Below, piece after piece: positions 52,176-64,000 of a DNA stretch of 64,000 nucleotides. A program made the translations under genes and the position numbers. Under the pieces are notes generated by a model. It was not told where the DNA came from and did no database searches. It saw only the letters and a list, made by a program, of their open reading frames with translations. Position 1 is the stretch's first letter. Every line of letters starts with the position of its first letter. This stretch comes from Tricharina praecox (taxonomy: Eukaryota), in NCBI RefSeq assembly GCF_024521635.1, contig NW_026250404.1, positions 1,488,001-1,552,000 of the forward strand, in the 5' to 3' direction.

Positions 52176-52370
52176 GCAGACATTAAGGCTTCAAAGCGGG
52201 AGGGTTATCATACAGATATCAGAGCCCTAAATGGGGAGCACTGGATACAAACATTAAGTTCCCGAAGGGGGAGGATCATAAATATCTAGGCTCCAAAGGG
52301 GAAGTTTGGCAGACATTAGGGCCTCAAAGGGTAAGATTGCAGACATCAGAGCCCCAATTGTTAGAGGATG
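52176..52370 (+). repeat. Degenerate tandem repeat, about 6 units of 30-36 bp
   Basis: Recurring (C/T)A(G/A)A(C/T)AT(T/C)-A(A/G)...AAAGGGGAG-like units. Confidence 0.7.
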
Positions 52371-53681
52371 ATTACGCAAAATACCAAAATATCCTCGCCC
52401 AACTTGTCGACATCTAGGCCTATGCAGGTAGCCAAGTATCTACGGAGCCGTATCTACCGTATTTGGTTACCAGCAATTTCAAGACATCGGCATGGACGCT
52501 ATGTATATGTACATGTCACGAGGGACGCTCCGGGAGTCCGGGGAGACACCAAGACCCGAGACGGGCAACAGCAACTATTTACACACATAGGCACTTCTTA
52601 CTCCAGAGTCTACCCAAGACTCGAGTAGTAGGCAACTTGGCACTGTCGGAGTCACGCCCGCTCACTGGGCGCCTCATGCAGACTCCGCGAGGCAAAAGCT
52701 TGGTGTCTGGGCGTCCTGCTCGATTCTCCACACGCGCGCGCCGGCTATGTACCCACAGCTCCACCTACGGACCTACATACGGTGCAGTAGGTAGTAGGTA
52801 CGGTACCTACCGGTACTCCACAAAAAGCCGTGTGGTCCATAGATATGTATGTAGATAACCATTCAAGTAGGTACATAGAGTAGGTACGTATCATAGCAAT
52901 CTTTACATCAAGTAAGGCCCGTTTCACCTGCCCTCCTTCTCCACTACACTACGGTACACTGCACTCACCGGCTTTAGAAACGCCCGACGCGCATCAGTGG
53001 TCGCTTCGCTCGCAAAACAGCAGGCGCTTGCAAGTTGCAAGTTGCAACGGAGCCACTCTAGGTAGGAAAAGCCGCGTCAGCAACCAGGGTTCTTTTTTTT
53101 TCTTTTTCTTTTTCTTTTCTTTTCTTTCGTTCTTTTCGCGCGTGCCACGAGTCAGTCGTCCGTTAGGGATTCAAGTCTCAGGGCTTGATTATTATTGTCA
53201 GGTGCCTGGTATACTGGTACTGGTACCTACTCTACTCTAATGGTAGGTACTCTGGAGTCCGCCCGCAGCAGCAGCAGGGCGACGGTTGAACTGATCGATC
53301 CGGATTCCGGATGGCTGTGGTATTGTGTATCGAGTTTTCCATGCCACATACCACATTCTCAAATACTCTGCTGTACCTACTTTATAATCGGCACTTTATG
53401 CCTCGGCGGCTGGAACGCATATCTGCTAGATTCTAGATAGAGTAGTATCGTTCGTGGTGATGATTCGGATTTTGTTGTTGAGGAAGACGAGGGGATCGGA
53501 GATATTTACACATCGTACAGAAAACAGAACGGATGGGGGGAATCGGTTCACCTTCGACGGCGCTGGCCGGCTATTCTAGTAGAGTAGAGCCTCCGCCGGT
53601 GGAGACGGAGAAGAGCGGAGAAAGAGGAGAGTGGATTCCCCCCTCCCCCTCCTCTTTGTCCAGCTCCACCTCCACCCGGCA

Positions 53682-53785
53682 GCATGGCATGGCAGACAAG
53701 GTATGGATATGGGCATGGGTATGGGTTAACTATGGCATGGTATGGCATGGTACGTTACGGCATGGTACGGCATGGTATGGTATGT
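53682..53785. repeat. Degenerate (YATGG/YACGG)n pentamer microsatellite
   Basis: GCATGGCATGG...GTATGGCATGGTACG...GCATGGTATGGTATG read directly. Confidence 0.7.
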
Positions 53786-56700
53786 ACCGTAGAGAGTTAT
53801 CGGCTGGAGTGTGGTTGAAATAGGCTCCTCAAGCCCGACCCCTGCCATCCCTTAACTACTCTATGCTAACACCGTTCTCAGGGAGTCGAGTCAGGGGGAG
53901 GGACCGACCTGCCAGCATTTAAGGTTTTTTTCTCGGCACACATCCTTTCCCCCACCCACCCACCCATACACCCATACACCCCCTAACTAGAGTAGAGTTA
54001 TCCGTTCGATCCAGCCGGATATTCGACAATCCGTGCCCATGGGTGCAGCATGCTGGTTCCTAGGTATCCATGCCCCGAGAGGCTACGTATGTGTGTATCC
54101 CGCGATTCCAGCAAACGTACGTACGTAAGTAGGTGCTGATGCTGGTGCTGATGCTGATGCTGAGGCTGATGGATGCTCGTCTAGGTATCTACCAGTGTCT
54201 ACATCCGAGTTTCCGGTGCCTGTCTGCGAGCCAGCCTGCTCATCTGCCTACCTGCGTGCCCTGCGCGCGCGCGAGGACGTGTCGGTCGTGAATCCTCGGT
54301 GAGGCGACGGTGGTGGTGGGTGGTGGTGGATGGAAGAGGAACAGCCGGTTGGTGCGTGCTGAGCGCATATCTACGGCAAATCCCTAACTAGCACCTGCTA
54401 CCTTACTCTAGAGTATGGAAGTGACGGCATCCCCGGCGCCGGGTGGGCAGGCGCTTGGTTTTTTTTCCTTCTTTCTTTCTGTTTCTTCTCTGTCGTTCTT
54501 TTCTTTCTTTCTTTCTCGCGGAAATCGGATTGGGGCTAACTAGAGGAGGAGGATGAGGAGGGTTCGTCATTATTATTGATCATGACGGACCCGGGACAGT
54601 CAGGGCGGCAAACGTCTGTTAACTACGGTGTCTAGTGCAGGATCCGGTCGGCGACTCGGATGGGCTAGAGTAAAGTAGAGCTCCCAAGATCACTGAGACT
54701 GATTACGGTACTCAAGACTCTTGAGTACGATACCTACGCCATAGTTAACTCCTTGGCTATCTATCGTATAGAGACCCAAGAGAGTACTTGTTTTCACTTG
54801 TTTTCGCCCACCGAGAGTCCATCCATTCGGGCCTGCCTCTGTGCCGCTGGCCGCTCTTGCCATACAATCCATAAATGCCGGGGACCTCCGTGGCCATGCG
54901 TCGGTCGGCGCGGATGCTATATCCACCTAACGATCACCGACAGTTGAACTGGGTTCGTCGGCACGAAGCTGAGCTGCTGAGACTCGAGATGCGTCTTCCA
55001 AGCCCAAGCCAAGCTCAATCCAAGCCCCCGTCCGATCAGCTCGTTCAGCTCAGACAAGCCGGACAAGACGGACAAGACGGACAAGGATAAGACACATTAG
55101 CCGTTCCGCTGACTCACCCCACCGACCGATCGCATTTAAAGCTCGAGGCCAAGCTTTATGTCGTTTCACCGAGAACAGAAACAAAAACAGAGCTTTCTTT
55201 CAACGTCCTGCGGCGCACCTCCCCCCCTCCCAAGCCGCCTTATCTATCTATCTATTTCTTTGTCCATCTTTTTCCATCGTTCTCGTCGCCGCGCCGTGCT
55301 TGCTCGCTTGCTTGGCGCGTGCGGTATTTGTGATGATTGATCTGTGTGGAAAGGAGGCGTCCGCAGCTGTGGGTACATACATAGATGAGACGGAAGAGTC
55401 TTGATCCGAGCCGTCCGTTCAGTCCGTCCAGTCCACCACTCCATTCCATTTTCTACTCTAGGTACTCTACGCGTGCTGGTTTCGGCCTCGCTCCGCGCCC
55501 GCGCGCTGTGGCGGTAGATTACTTACTCTACTCTACTTTATTCTACATATTCTACTCTGCGTGCTTTAGAGTTGGTACGTGTGTAAGTAAATGCTATATC
55601 AAGAATTTACCGGTATGATGCCTTCAGAATGTAAACGTGCTGGCTGTAACTGGCGGATGCAGTACCGTTCCTGTCGTACTCTACTTTACCGTACTCTACT
55701 CTACAATTGGGTACGGTAGGAAAGTGGAAACTTTAAAGAGGAAACGAAAAGGCGGGATGGCTCATGGCTGCCGAACGGAATGAAAGCCACAAAGAAAGAG
55801 AGAAAGAGAGAATAGAAGAATAGAAGCGAAAAAAGCAAACAGACAGACACGATCTCTCCGCCATATCAAACGAACAAACTTATCGTAATCAGTACTTTCC
55901 CATGTACAGTACCATTAGGTACCATACGCAGGGCTCCACGAATCGCACCTCTCCTCCTCCTACATATAGATAGAGTAAATAGAGTAGTAGCTCCCACGCC
56001 AACCTTATGGTACGAAATCGTTATCCAATCCCCCCCAACCCCACCATCCCACATCCCACCCGCAGGTCGCAGGTCGCAGGAAAGCCGTCAATTCAAGCTT
56101 AACGCTTGATGTGGTGGCCCTTCGATAGCCCCGCCACGCCGAGCGAGCGCCCTTCCCATTGCGGAAATGTTGAGCGAGTCGAACGTGGTGCCCAGCGCTG
56201 GGTCTGTCTGGGGCTAGTTACACCTTAGAGTAGAGTACGCTCGAGTTGTGACACGATGGATGGTTGGTTGGTTGGATGTGGCTGCAAATCGTGGGCACGC
56301 ATGGCAAGATGGAGTGTGGGTAGTGGTGGTGGTGGTGGTGGTGGTGGTGCACTGGTGGCTCGGTGAGTGGCCACCGCCGACCACCTTCTGTTCGCCGTAG
56401 GTACGGTAGGTACCATGGGTATCATCAAACAGCTTACCGTAGTTACTCGTGAAAGTGAGGAAGCTTATGGGAGGCCGAATACCGTAATTGGAGATATAGG
56501 TACATCGCTCTTGACCGGGTATCTACTCTATTCTTTTCTAGCCAGGCTGCAGCTTGCGCGGCTGTCAGATCTGCCTGTCCGAGCCATATGTAACCCAAAG
56601 GTACGCACTCCACAACATCCGAGTTCAAAATCCACAAGAGCGGAGTTCATGCGGCGATATATGTACATATCGACACCAACATACCCGCTCCAGCCCAAAG

Positions 56701-58222
56701 CTCCAGCCTCCAGCGCCCCCAATGCCTTTGTGGGGACCGTCGGAGCATCGGAGGTGTTCCGGTCAAAGAGGGTCGCTGCTCGGGGGTTTCCGTGCCGCGG
56801 AGCACAAGTGCCTAGGACGATCCGTATGCATACTACTACCCATCCTACCTGATAGGTAGTACTATATATATTGTGGCCCGATTCTCCGGAACAGCAGCAG
56901 CAATCCGCTCCCGTCGGTCGGATCGGTCTACATATGCTTCACCTATCAATTTTCGCGGAGCAACCAATGTGAGGGAACGATAGGACCGAGATTCGAAAAC
57001 ACCGGAAGGGAAGGGAAGGGAAACTGTGAATTTTGCTTGAGGAATTGTGAATTGTGGAACGGAGGGTTAGGCTCTGGCGAAACACGGCAAAAGAAAAGAA
57101 AAAAGGCAGTAAATATGGTCGTACATGCATAAATGGATGCCGATCAAGCAACGCTGTACAACTCGCCACATAACAATATCTGCAAATGCTACATCACATA
57201 CCGTAGATACAAATCCCAACGGTCCGTGTAGAACGTTGTGCAAAAACGCTGCAGGGCAGAGGCACTGCGCATCCATATCCGTTCGCGCCCGGCATCATCG
57301 GTCAGGTGCGGCTGGACGGGAAACCGGTGCTCACTGCTCATTTCTCATTGCTCACAGCTCAGGCGCCAGGCCCCCCCAAAATTCGATGCGGACTTTGGTG
57401 GTATAGTAGTAGAGTAGTACCTAAACGGACTGTATTTTAGAGTTATCCAACCAAAGGCCGAGCTTACGTCTTTCTCAGCCCTGAATGCCTACTATAGATA
57501 TTATACTATTACCTATAGCAGGCATGATATGAAACCGTATTCTACTGAATTACCACTAGTAATGAGCTTGCGAAACCTACCAACTATGGTATAGTATAGG
57601 TAGCTACTATTATACCGGTACATAATAGTAGTAGTCAGCCGCACAAAGTTCGAATTGCCCAGCCGCACACATCGAGTCCTGCCCATGCCAGCCGCACGCC
57701 GGATCCGCGAATATGATGAGTCTCTCCCTCTCCCCCGCCCTCGGTTCGCCGTTCCCAGGAAGATACGTATGCAGTTCCTAACGGGTAGATGGGATGGCCT
57801 AGGTGTGTGTAGTGCAGAGTAGTATCGTTACCTACCGTAAAGTATGCGGTCTCGCTTATGCATCGTGGCGAGCTGCAACGAGATGTAACCACCGCCCAGC
57901 TACGTTCATACCACCCAACTGTGTTAGTACCGGTAATCGAGGCAGTTGTCCACAGAGCTGGTGGGACAGAGTCCTGAGTAACTGAGTCGAGTCGAGTCGA
58001 GTCCGGACAGCGGAGGGAGGAAGATGCGGCAACGCGACGGGTGGTTCCGGTCACCGCACCGTGCCGTATCGCACCGTACAGTACAGTGCCGTGCCGTGCT
58101 GTATGCACTACCGTTCTCTGGGTGCGGTGTCTACTATCTACATACTTTCTACTATCTGCATACTTGGGTACTTGCGTATGTATGCACCTGCACCTATGCT
58201 CAAAGGATGACAGTGATGGCAG

Positions 58223-58291
58223 TGATGACTGATGACGATGACTGATGACTGATGACTGGTGACTCATGACCAGCGACTGATGACTGATGAC
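58223..58291. repeat. (TGATGAC)n degenerate microsatellite
   Basis: Read directly. Confidence 0.8.
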
Positions 58292-59092
58292 CCGAGTGAC
58301 CACGATCGAGGGCAAAGGGTCCTCCTCCGCCAGGCTACTCCACCCAAGTACCTACTGTGAACGGATAGCTGTGTGGGTGAGAAGGTATTCGCTTAACCAC
58401 TGCCCCACTTCACAGTCCACATTCCGACGCCCTCTGGGAGCGATTAGCTTACGATTCGACTGCGTTCGAAGTGGTGGGGTGGGGTGCGAAGTGGTGGGGT
58501 CACTGGGTGTGTAGCACCGACAAGTTATGATACATATAACGAAATAGGCATCTCGGGTCGCACTCGGTGTCTCCGGAGATACATGCCTCATACTCCTACC
58601 AGTACCTGTAACCTTCTATCTATCTTCGTTACTATACCTACTATTATGTATGCTACCTACTACCGTATGCTATGTAGAGTACTCTATTCCATCTCCATCC
58701 CATGTCTTGTCTGGCATAAAATCTCCAACGTCTACCCCCGACAGCAGAGAAGCTTTTTTCTTTCCTTTTTTGTTATTACCGTGCGTGGTAGAAAAAAAGT
58801 TTAGCGCGCGTACGTAGGCTGGGGACTAACTAGAGGAGGTACTATATATGTAGAGTACCTGGAGTATGTGTGTAGAATAAGTAGTGAGTGAGTGAGTGGG
58901 TGAGTGGGTGGCCTGCATGCGGGTTAGATATAGCGAGGAAGGAAGATACTTCTTCTTAGCAGTTACTCTACTCTGCTACATATGGTAGTTACTTACCTGG
59001 GCCATGTGGGGCGACAACCCCCCGTTCCAGTAGCTGGCTTGCTTGCTGTCTGGCTTGCTGGCCGGAGAGAGAGAGAGAGCCCCCATTCCGGC

Positions 59093-59125
59093 ATGGATGG
59101 ATGGATGGATGGATGGATGGATGGA
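59093..59125. repeat. (ATGG)8 microsatellite
   Basis: Read directly. Confidence 0.9.
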
Positions 59126-62100
59126 TAGTTGGGCTGAATAGACGGCGGCGACGCGTAATCCAGTCCAGTGCTGGATGTTTTTGCGGGCTGGGTTTCTGGG
59201 TTTCACGGAGTTTGGAGCTTTCAACCACCTGGCGCTTATGGATGATTTGTACCGGTATGTATGATATGTATGAGGTATGTATGGGATGCGGACTCCGGAG
59301 ATATCGTACGATCACGGGATGAGTTGATTTAGGTCAGGAGTTTGAATGTACGTACTGTGAAGGATCCACGCACTCACCCATGATTGGATGGCGGATGGCT
59401 GATACCAGTTGACTCGTTTCTTTGGCCCTCCGAGTGAGTAGGAATAGCCGGTGAATGGCTTGAGTACCTACCGTACTCTACTCTATCTTCCACCGTACAT
59501 ACTCTGCGCGCGGCACCCCCCACCTTCATAAGCAATATCTCGGATTCCGGCGTCAGCGCCGCGCATTCCGGTCGTGATTCATCATTCCGGTCGTGCTCAC
59601 GGACCCAAACGGCTGATCTCAGCCTTCGTCTTCGTACTCTAATGATTGGACGGGGGGGGAGGCGGTAAAAAAGTCGACAGACATGCCCACAATTGAGTCG
59701 AATCCGAATTCCAAATGTCCAAAAGTCCGGAGCCAAAGTCCAAGATTGACGGTTAACCGTTGGCAGCCCATATGGAATCGAAGCCGCTTCTCCCTTCTTC
59801 CTTCTCCACCTGCTCCTCTCCTCCTATCTACTAGTCAGTACCAGGTATGTAGTACCATACTCTAATGTAGCTTGAGGCTGCGTCCTCATCCCCCACCCCC
59901 CGACCTCCTCGGATCTCCGGCAGTTTCAGATACCCTCGTCCGAAGCGTTTAAAAAAGCTTGGGTTTTTTCGGGGAGGGGGGCCTGGGAGGGGGACGATCA
60001 AGTGCATGGGTCATGGGTTAAGAGCCCCGGCACGCAGCAGTAACAGCAACAGCAGCAACAGCTCTATCTCTGCAGTCTGTCGAGTGACGAGTCTCGGCGG
60101 GTGCCTCTGCACGGATAAACGGAGGCGGAGACGGAGACGGAGACGGAGGGTGAGAGCTTAGAGGGGATGGGGTGATCGGAATTTATTTAGAGTAGAGCGC
60201 TGTGCACTATGAGGCTACATAGATATGAGCGCCCCTCTAGGGCCTGAGCTAAGCGACGGCGGTGGAGGTGAAGTTGAAGCATCGTGTCGAGAACTTGGTC
60301 ACTACTACGGTGGTTACCGTATCGTATCGTACTGTATCGGGTCGCCGGAACCTCCGCCCAACTCGTCGTATGTACCAGTAAATACTGCATTTTCGCCATT
60401 ACGCTCCCACCGAGACTGACAGTCCGTCAGTATCCAAGCGCGGCAAGAAGAGATCATCGCGGATATCCTCGCACCCGGAGATTCCCAGGGGCCAGAACTC
60501 GGCAGCACAAATCGATACCTGCCTCTTACCACCTATATTTTTTCTTCACGAGTGGAGGCCTAGGAGGGGTTCGGGCTCTCCGAGGATCCGGCAGACACTC
60601 TACTCTATCTACTCTACGTGGTTCTGGCTAAGGAGTTTGTGGGATGTCGTCACCTGAGCGAGCGAGCGGCTTCGGGACTCCGATGTCCACTGTCTAGAGC
60701 TCACCGGCTTATTTGCCCGTGTGTGTAGAGTATCTACCCAGGTGGGTAGTTAACTACGGACCTACGGTACGTGCCTACCACCGCACGTACCGTACACTGC
60801 AAACTATCAACCTACTTACATTGGTATGTAGTTAAGCATGTATGTATGTACAAACGCCCCGCCCGACTCGGAGTCGTGGACGGCGTCACTGTAACCCCCC
60901 TCTGGATATGTACCTTGCGTCAAACTCTCGAATACCCACTATCTACCCATTATCTAGTGCCTATGTACATTCTGCATGCAGGCCCTGCTCTAGTCGACCT
61001 CGTGGCCGTGATCGGGACCGGATTTCTCAAGCTGGAGTCTGGAGATGGGCGAGTCGGATGGACATTGTAGAGCAGAGTGCAGAGTGCTAAGCGGAAGTGG
61101 TGGACACTGGACTCCCACCGTCCCACGGGCCACGAGGGCGGTCTCGATGCCGGGACTCGGGAGTGATTGGTAACAAACTTAATTCGCCCATCGCCCTGCT
61201 CGGCCGGGACGGGCTGCGTACGGCGTGGCAGAACATATACTTCTTACAGTCGGTCGCAAGCGGCCAGCGGGGAGTTGCAGTCGTGTACCGTGTGTACCGT
61301 GTGTACCGTGTAAGGTTCTTTTTACTTTTATTCCACTGTATTATTCCATTGTACTATTTATCCATTTCTCAGCACCCGCAGGCCGCAGGCCGCAGGTGAT
61401 GACAGATCAGATCAGATCCGATCGTCCTCCCCACGTTACACCAGCCCCCCCCAGGGGTGGCGAATAAATAGCCGAAAGGCCCAGAAGCCAGATTATGCTT
61501 TAAATTATGCTTGATACCGGACGGAGGAGGAGCCGGGTATGTACTTACATGCGGCGGTATGTACATACACTTACGTACGTACGTAACTACGTGCGGCGGG
61601 GTGTCTTCGTGAACTGCTGGGGGAGGGGTGGATGTTTCCGTATCGCATGTAGCGTTCGGGTTGTCGTCGATCGCGACGCGACGCAGGTGCGACAGTCCGA
61701 CGGTTGGATGCTGGACGCTGAACGGTTGGCCGCGAAGACGGATGGACGGCTGGGTGCACACGTCAGCTAGTAATATCTGGAGTATGTATCGAGGTAACCA
61801 GGTATGTGCTCTGGGTACGGTATACGAGGAGCTGAAGGATTTGATTTGCAAGCTGCGCGCGTGTTTACTCAACGCTCAACGCTCAACGCAACGGGAAAGG
61901 GATGCACTACTATCTATACTATACTCAGGGTATCTAGAGTAAGAGGTAAGACGTAGGTACTCAATGTATGCATACTTGGAAGTTGGGCAGTAGATGCCCA
62001 CTTCTCTATCCGACATCTCCTCTACATACTCCAGGTACTCCGGGAGCATCAGAGTATAAGAGTGCGACGCGGCTGAGTAATAGCTCGTAACAGCTCGTTG

Positions 62101-63228
62101 GCGAGTAATAGTGAGTCGGCGCATCAGTTGAGCCGATCCCTCCCAGGCGCAGCTCGTAGCTCGCAGCTCGTTTATGCGGCTTTCTTTTCCTTTCTTTTGC
62201 CTTCAGCCCCGTTTAGTTACTCTAGTTACGGCTGTCATCTTCGTACTCGGATGTCGGAGTCCGGATGATTGCGACGCCGTGCGGAATGGCCGATAACGTT
62301 AACCCCGGGCTCCGATCCCCCATGTTCCAACACGTCAGGTAGATATCATGTGCAACTAGGTAGGTAGGGTAGGTTGGTAGGTTGGTAGGTTGGTAGGTCT
62401 GCGCATGAAGTCTGCAGATTCCCAATTTCACCGGTGGAAATTATCGACTTCTGGTTGAGTCAGGCACCCTACGGCCTTATTTATGTGTGCGTGTGTATGT
62501 GTGAGTGTGTGTATTAGTTGCCCTGCGCACGCCTTGCGAACACGGAGCGGAATGAGGATCTGCGGGCCCGGTTCGGAATGAGGATCTACATACAGTTCCG
62601 GTTCGGAAACGAAGTGTGGGCAGCATGCTCGGCGCATCACTCGGCGCATCACTCGCGCCCGCCGGAACTATCGATAGGAAACTTCGCCGCTTGCGGTTGG
62701 CGAGGAACTGTATGTATTCCTGGTACAAAGTTTGTGGAAGACAGCCGCCGCGCAGATAATTTGCCCGGAGTATCCGGCAACTATGAAGATGGACGCGAGC
62801 TCGCGCTGAATTATGATATTTACTTATGTTTAGTGCACTCTACACGCACGGTAACCTAGAGGCTACTACATCCTACTACTATCTACTACTGAGTTCTAAC
62901 TAGTAGCCATTAACCAGAAACTATGTACCTGCAAAGTGTATACCAACATCACCCATCGCCCGACCGTCTAATTTGGTCTAAATGTTATACCGTGACTCCG
63001 TGATCGCCAGCTTAGGTATCCAAATATAGTGGATCACGCTCCACCCTCGACGGCGAAACGCTTATCGTGAGTCGTGTTTAGTGATGGCAAGAGTACGTAC
63101 GCACGTATGATACCGCACTCTGACTCTGTTTCGGAAAAAGAGGGCGACAGGGTGGGTTACGCTCGAGGCTCGAGACTAGAGGAAACTCCAGGAACTGCGT
63201 ATTCTACTATACGGTACCCTACCCTACC

Positions 63229-63263
63229 CTACTCTACTCTACTCTACTCTACTCTACTCTACT
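63229..63263. repeat. (CTACT)7 microsatellite
   Basis: Read directly; same word as the dispersed TACTCTA motif. Confidence 0.9.
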
Positions 63264-64000
63264 ACGGTACGGGTACGGCGGTACAGTACGGTATGCGACG
63301 TATCCTCCAGCGGCAGAAGGTTCCAGCGGGCATACATGGATGGATGGATATATGCGTGCGTGTGTGCGTATTCGAGTCCGGATTTACGCTGCCTACTTAC
63401 CCACCTATTAACCTACCAGTCTAGCTACTGGCCTACCAACGATCCCTGAGCAGTGAGGCCGCGCGTTCACGTGCTCCGCCACCTCCTCCGCCACCTCCGT
63501 TCCGCTCGTTCGTTTTCGTTCGTTTTCGTTCGGAGCGCCGTATATATCCGTATCCGCATACCTCGACTCGACTCGACTTGGGATCTGGGCCATGATCCGG
63601 GCCTGGGGAGTGCGCGGCCGGGGTCGGGGTCGGGATCCGGCGAAACGGCCGTGATAACGGCCTCGGCGTCTGGTGTCTGGTGTCCCGTATCGTGTCTCGT
63701 GTCGTCACTCGCTCACTCGATCGTGGGGACAGGGTTGCTCTGGCTGCCGAACCCGAATACCGATGCGATATAGAATCGAGCAGTGAATCGAAGGCCCTCA
63801 GCTAGATAACTAAAGCCCACACGTATGCACTCCCGGTAGGTCGCCTCGCCCCACGCCCGACTTTGACGATGCGCACTCACTCCGGGCGTTCGGGCGTCCC
63901 GCCTGCTGTCCGGTGTACATAACTTCACTTCCCCCGGCTTTGCTTCATTTTTCACTCTTCACTCTTCATTGCCCCATTGAGCTCGTCGACGGGTGGTAGT

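Noticed and set aside
55728..55736. Wor1-like site TTAAAGTTT on the minus strand upstream of Pac2
   Set aside because: A single match in 15 kb, with another inside the P450 CDS; too weak to claim autoregulation.

Overview
Eukaryotic DNA from a filamentous ascomycete, judged by short GT-AG introns with CTRAC branch sites. Positions 1-40.4 kb are gene-dense: the 3' end of a DAHP synthase, nitronate monooxygenase, MPO1/DUF962, SET1, TRM112, a cation/Ca2+ exchanger, condensin BRN1, cytosolic HSP70, glucosidase II beta, a UsgS/EI24-like membrane protein, a divergent Trf4/Cid-type nucleotidyltransferase with long Q/N- and QSHP-repeats, a DUF2434-like protein, the SEC24 paralogue SFB3 and a cytochrome P450. 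From 40.4 to 64 kb there is one recognisable gene, a Gti1/Pac2 (WOPR) transcription factor, inside an apparently non-coding region rich in microsatellites and TA-N-TA motifs. Most notable: (i) the Pac2 gene is broken by a +1 frameshift (GGG GGG TAA) exactly between its two WOPR half-domains; (ii) the exchanger has a second +1 frameshift, so assembly homopolymer errors are a serious alternative for both; (iii) the nucleotidyltransferase has a prion-like N-terminus and two Ded1-like PPHxR motifs; (iv) TACTCTA/TAGAGTA is strongly enriched around Pac2. Exon boundaries were read by eye. No database searches were run, so family calls rest on remembered motifs.
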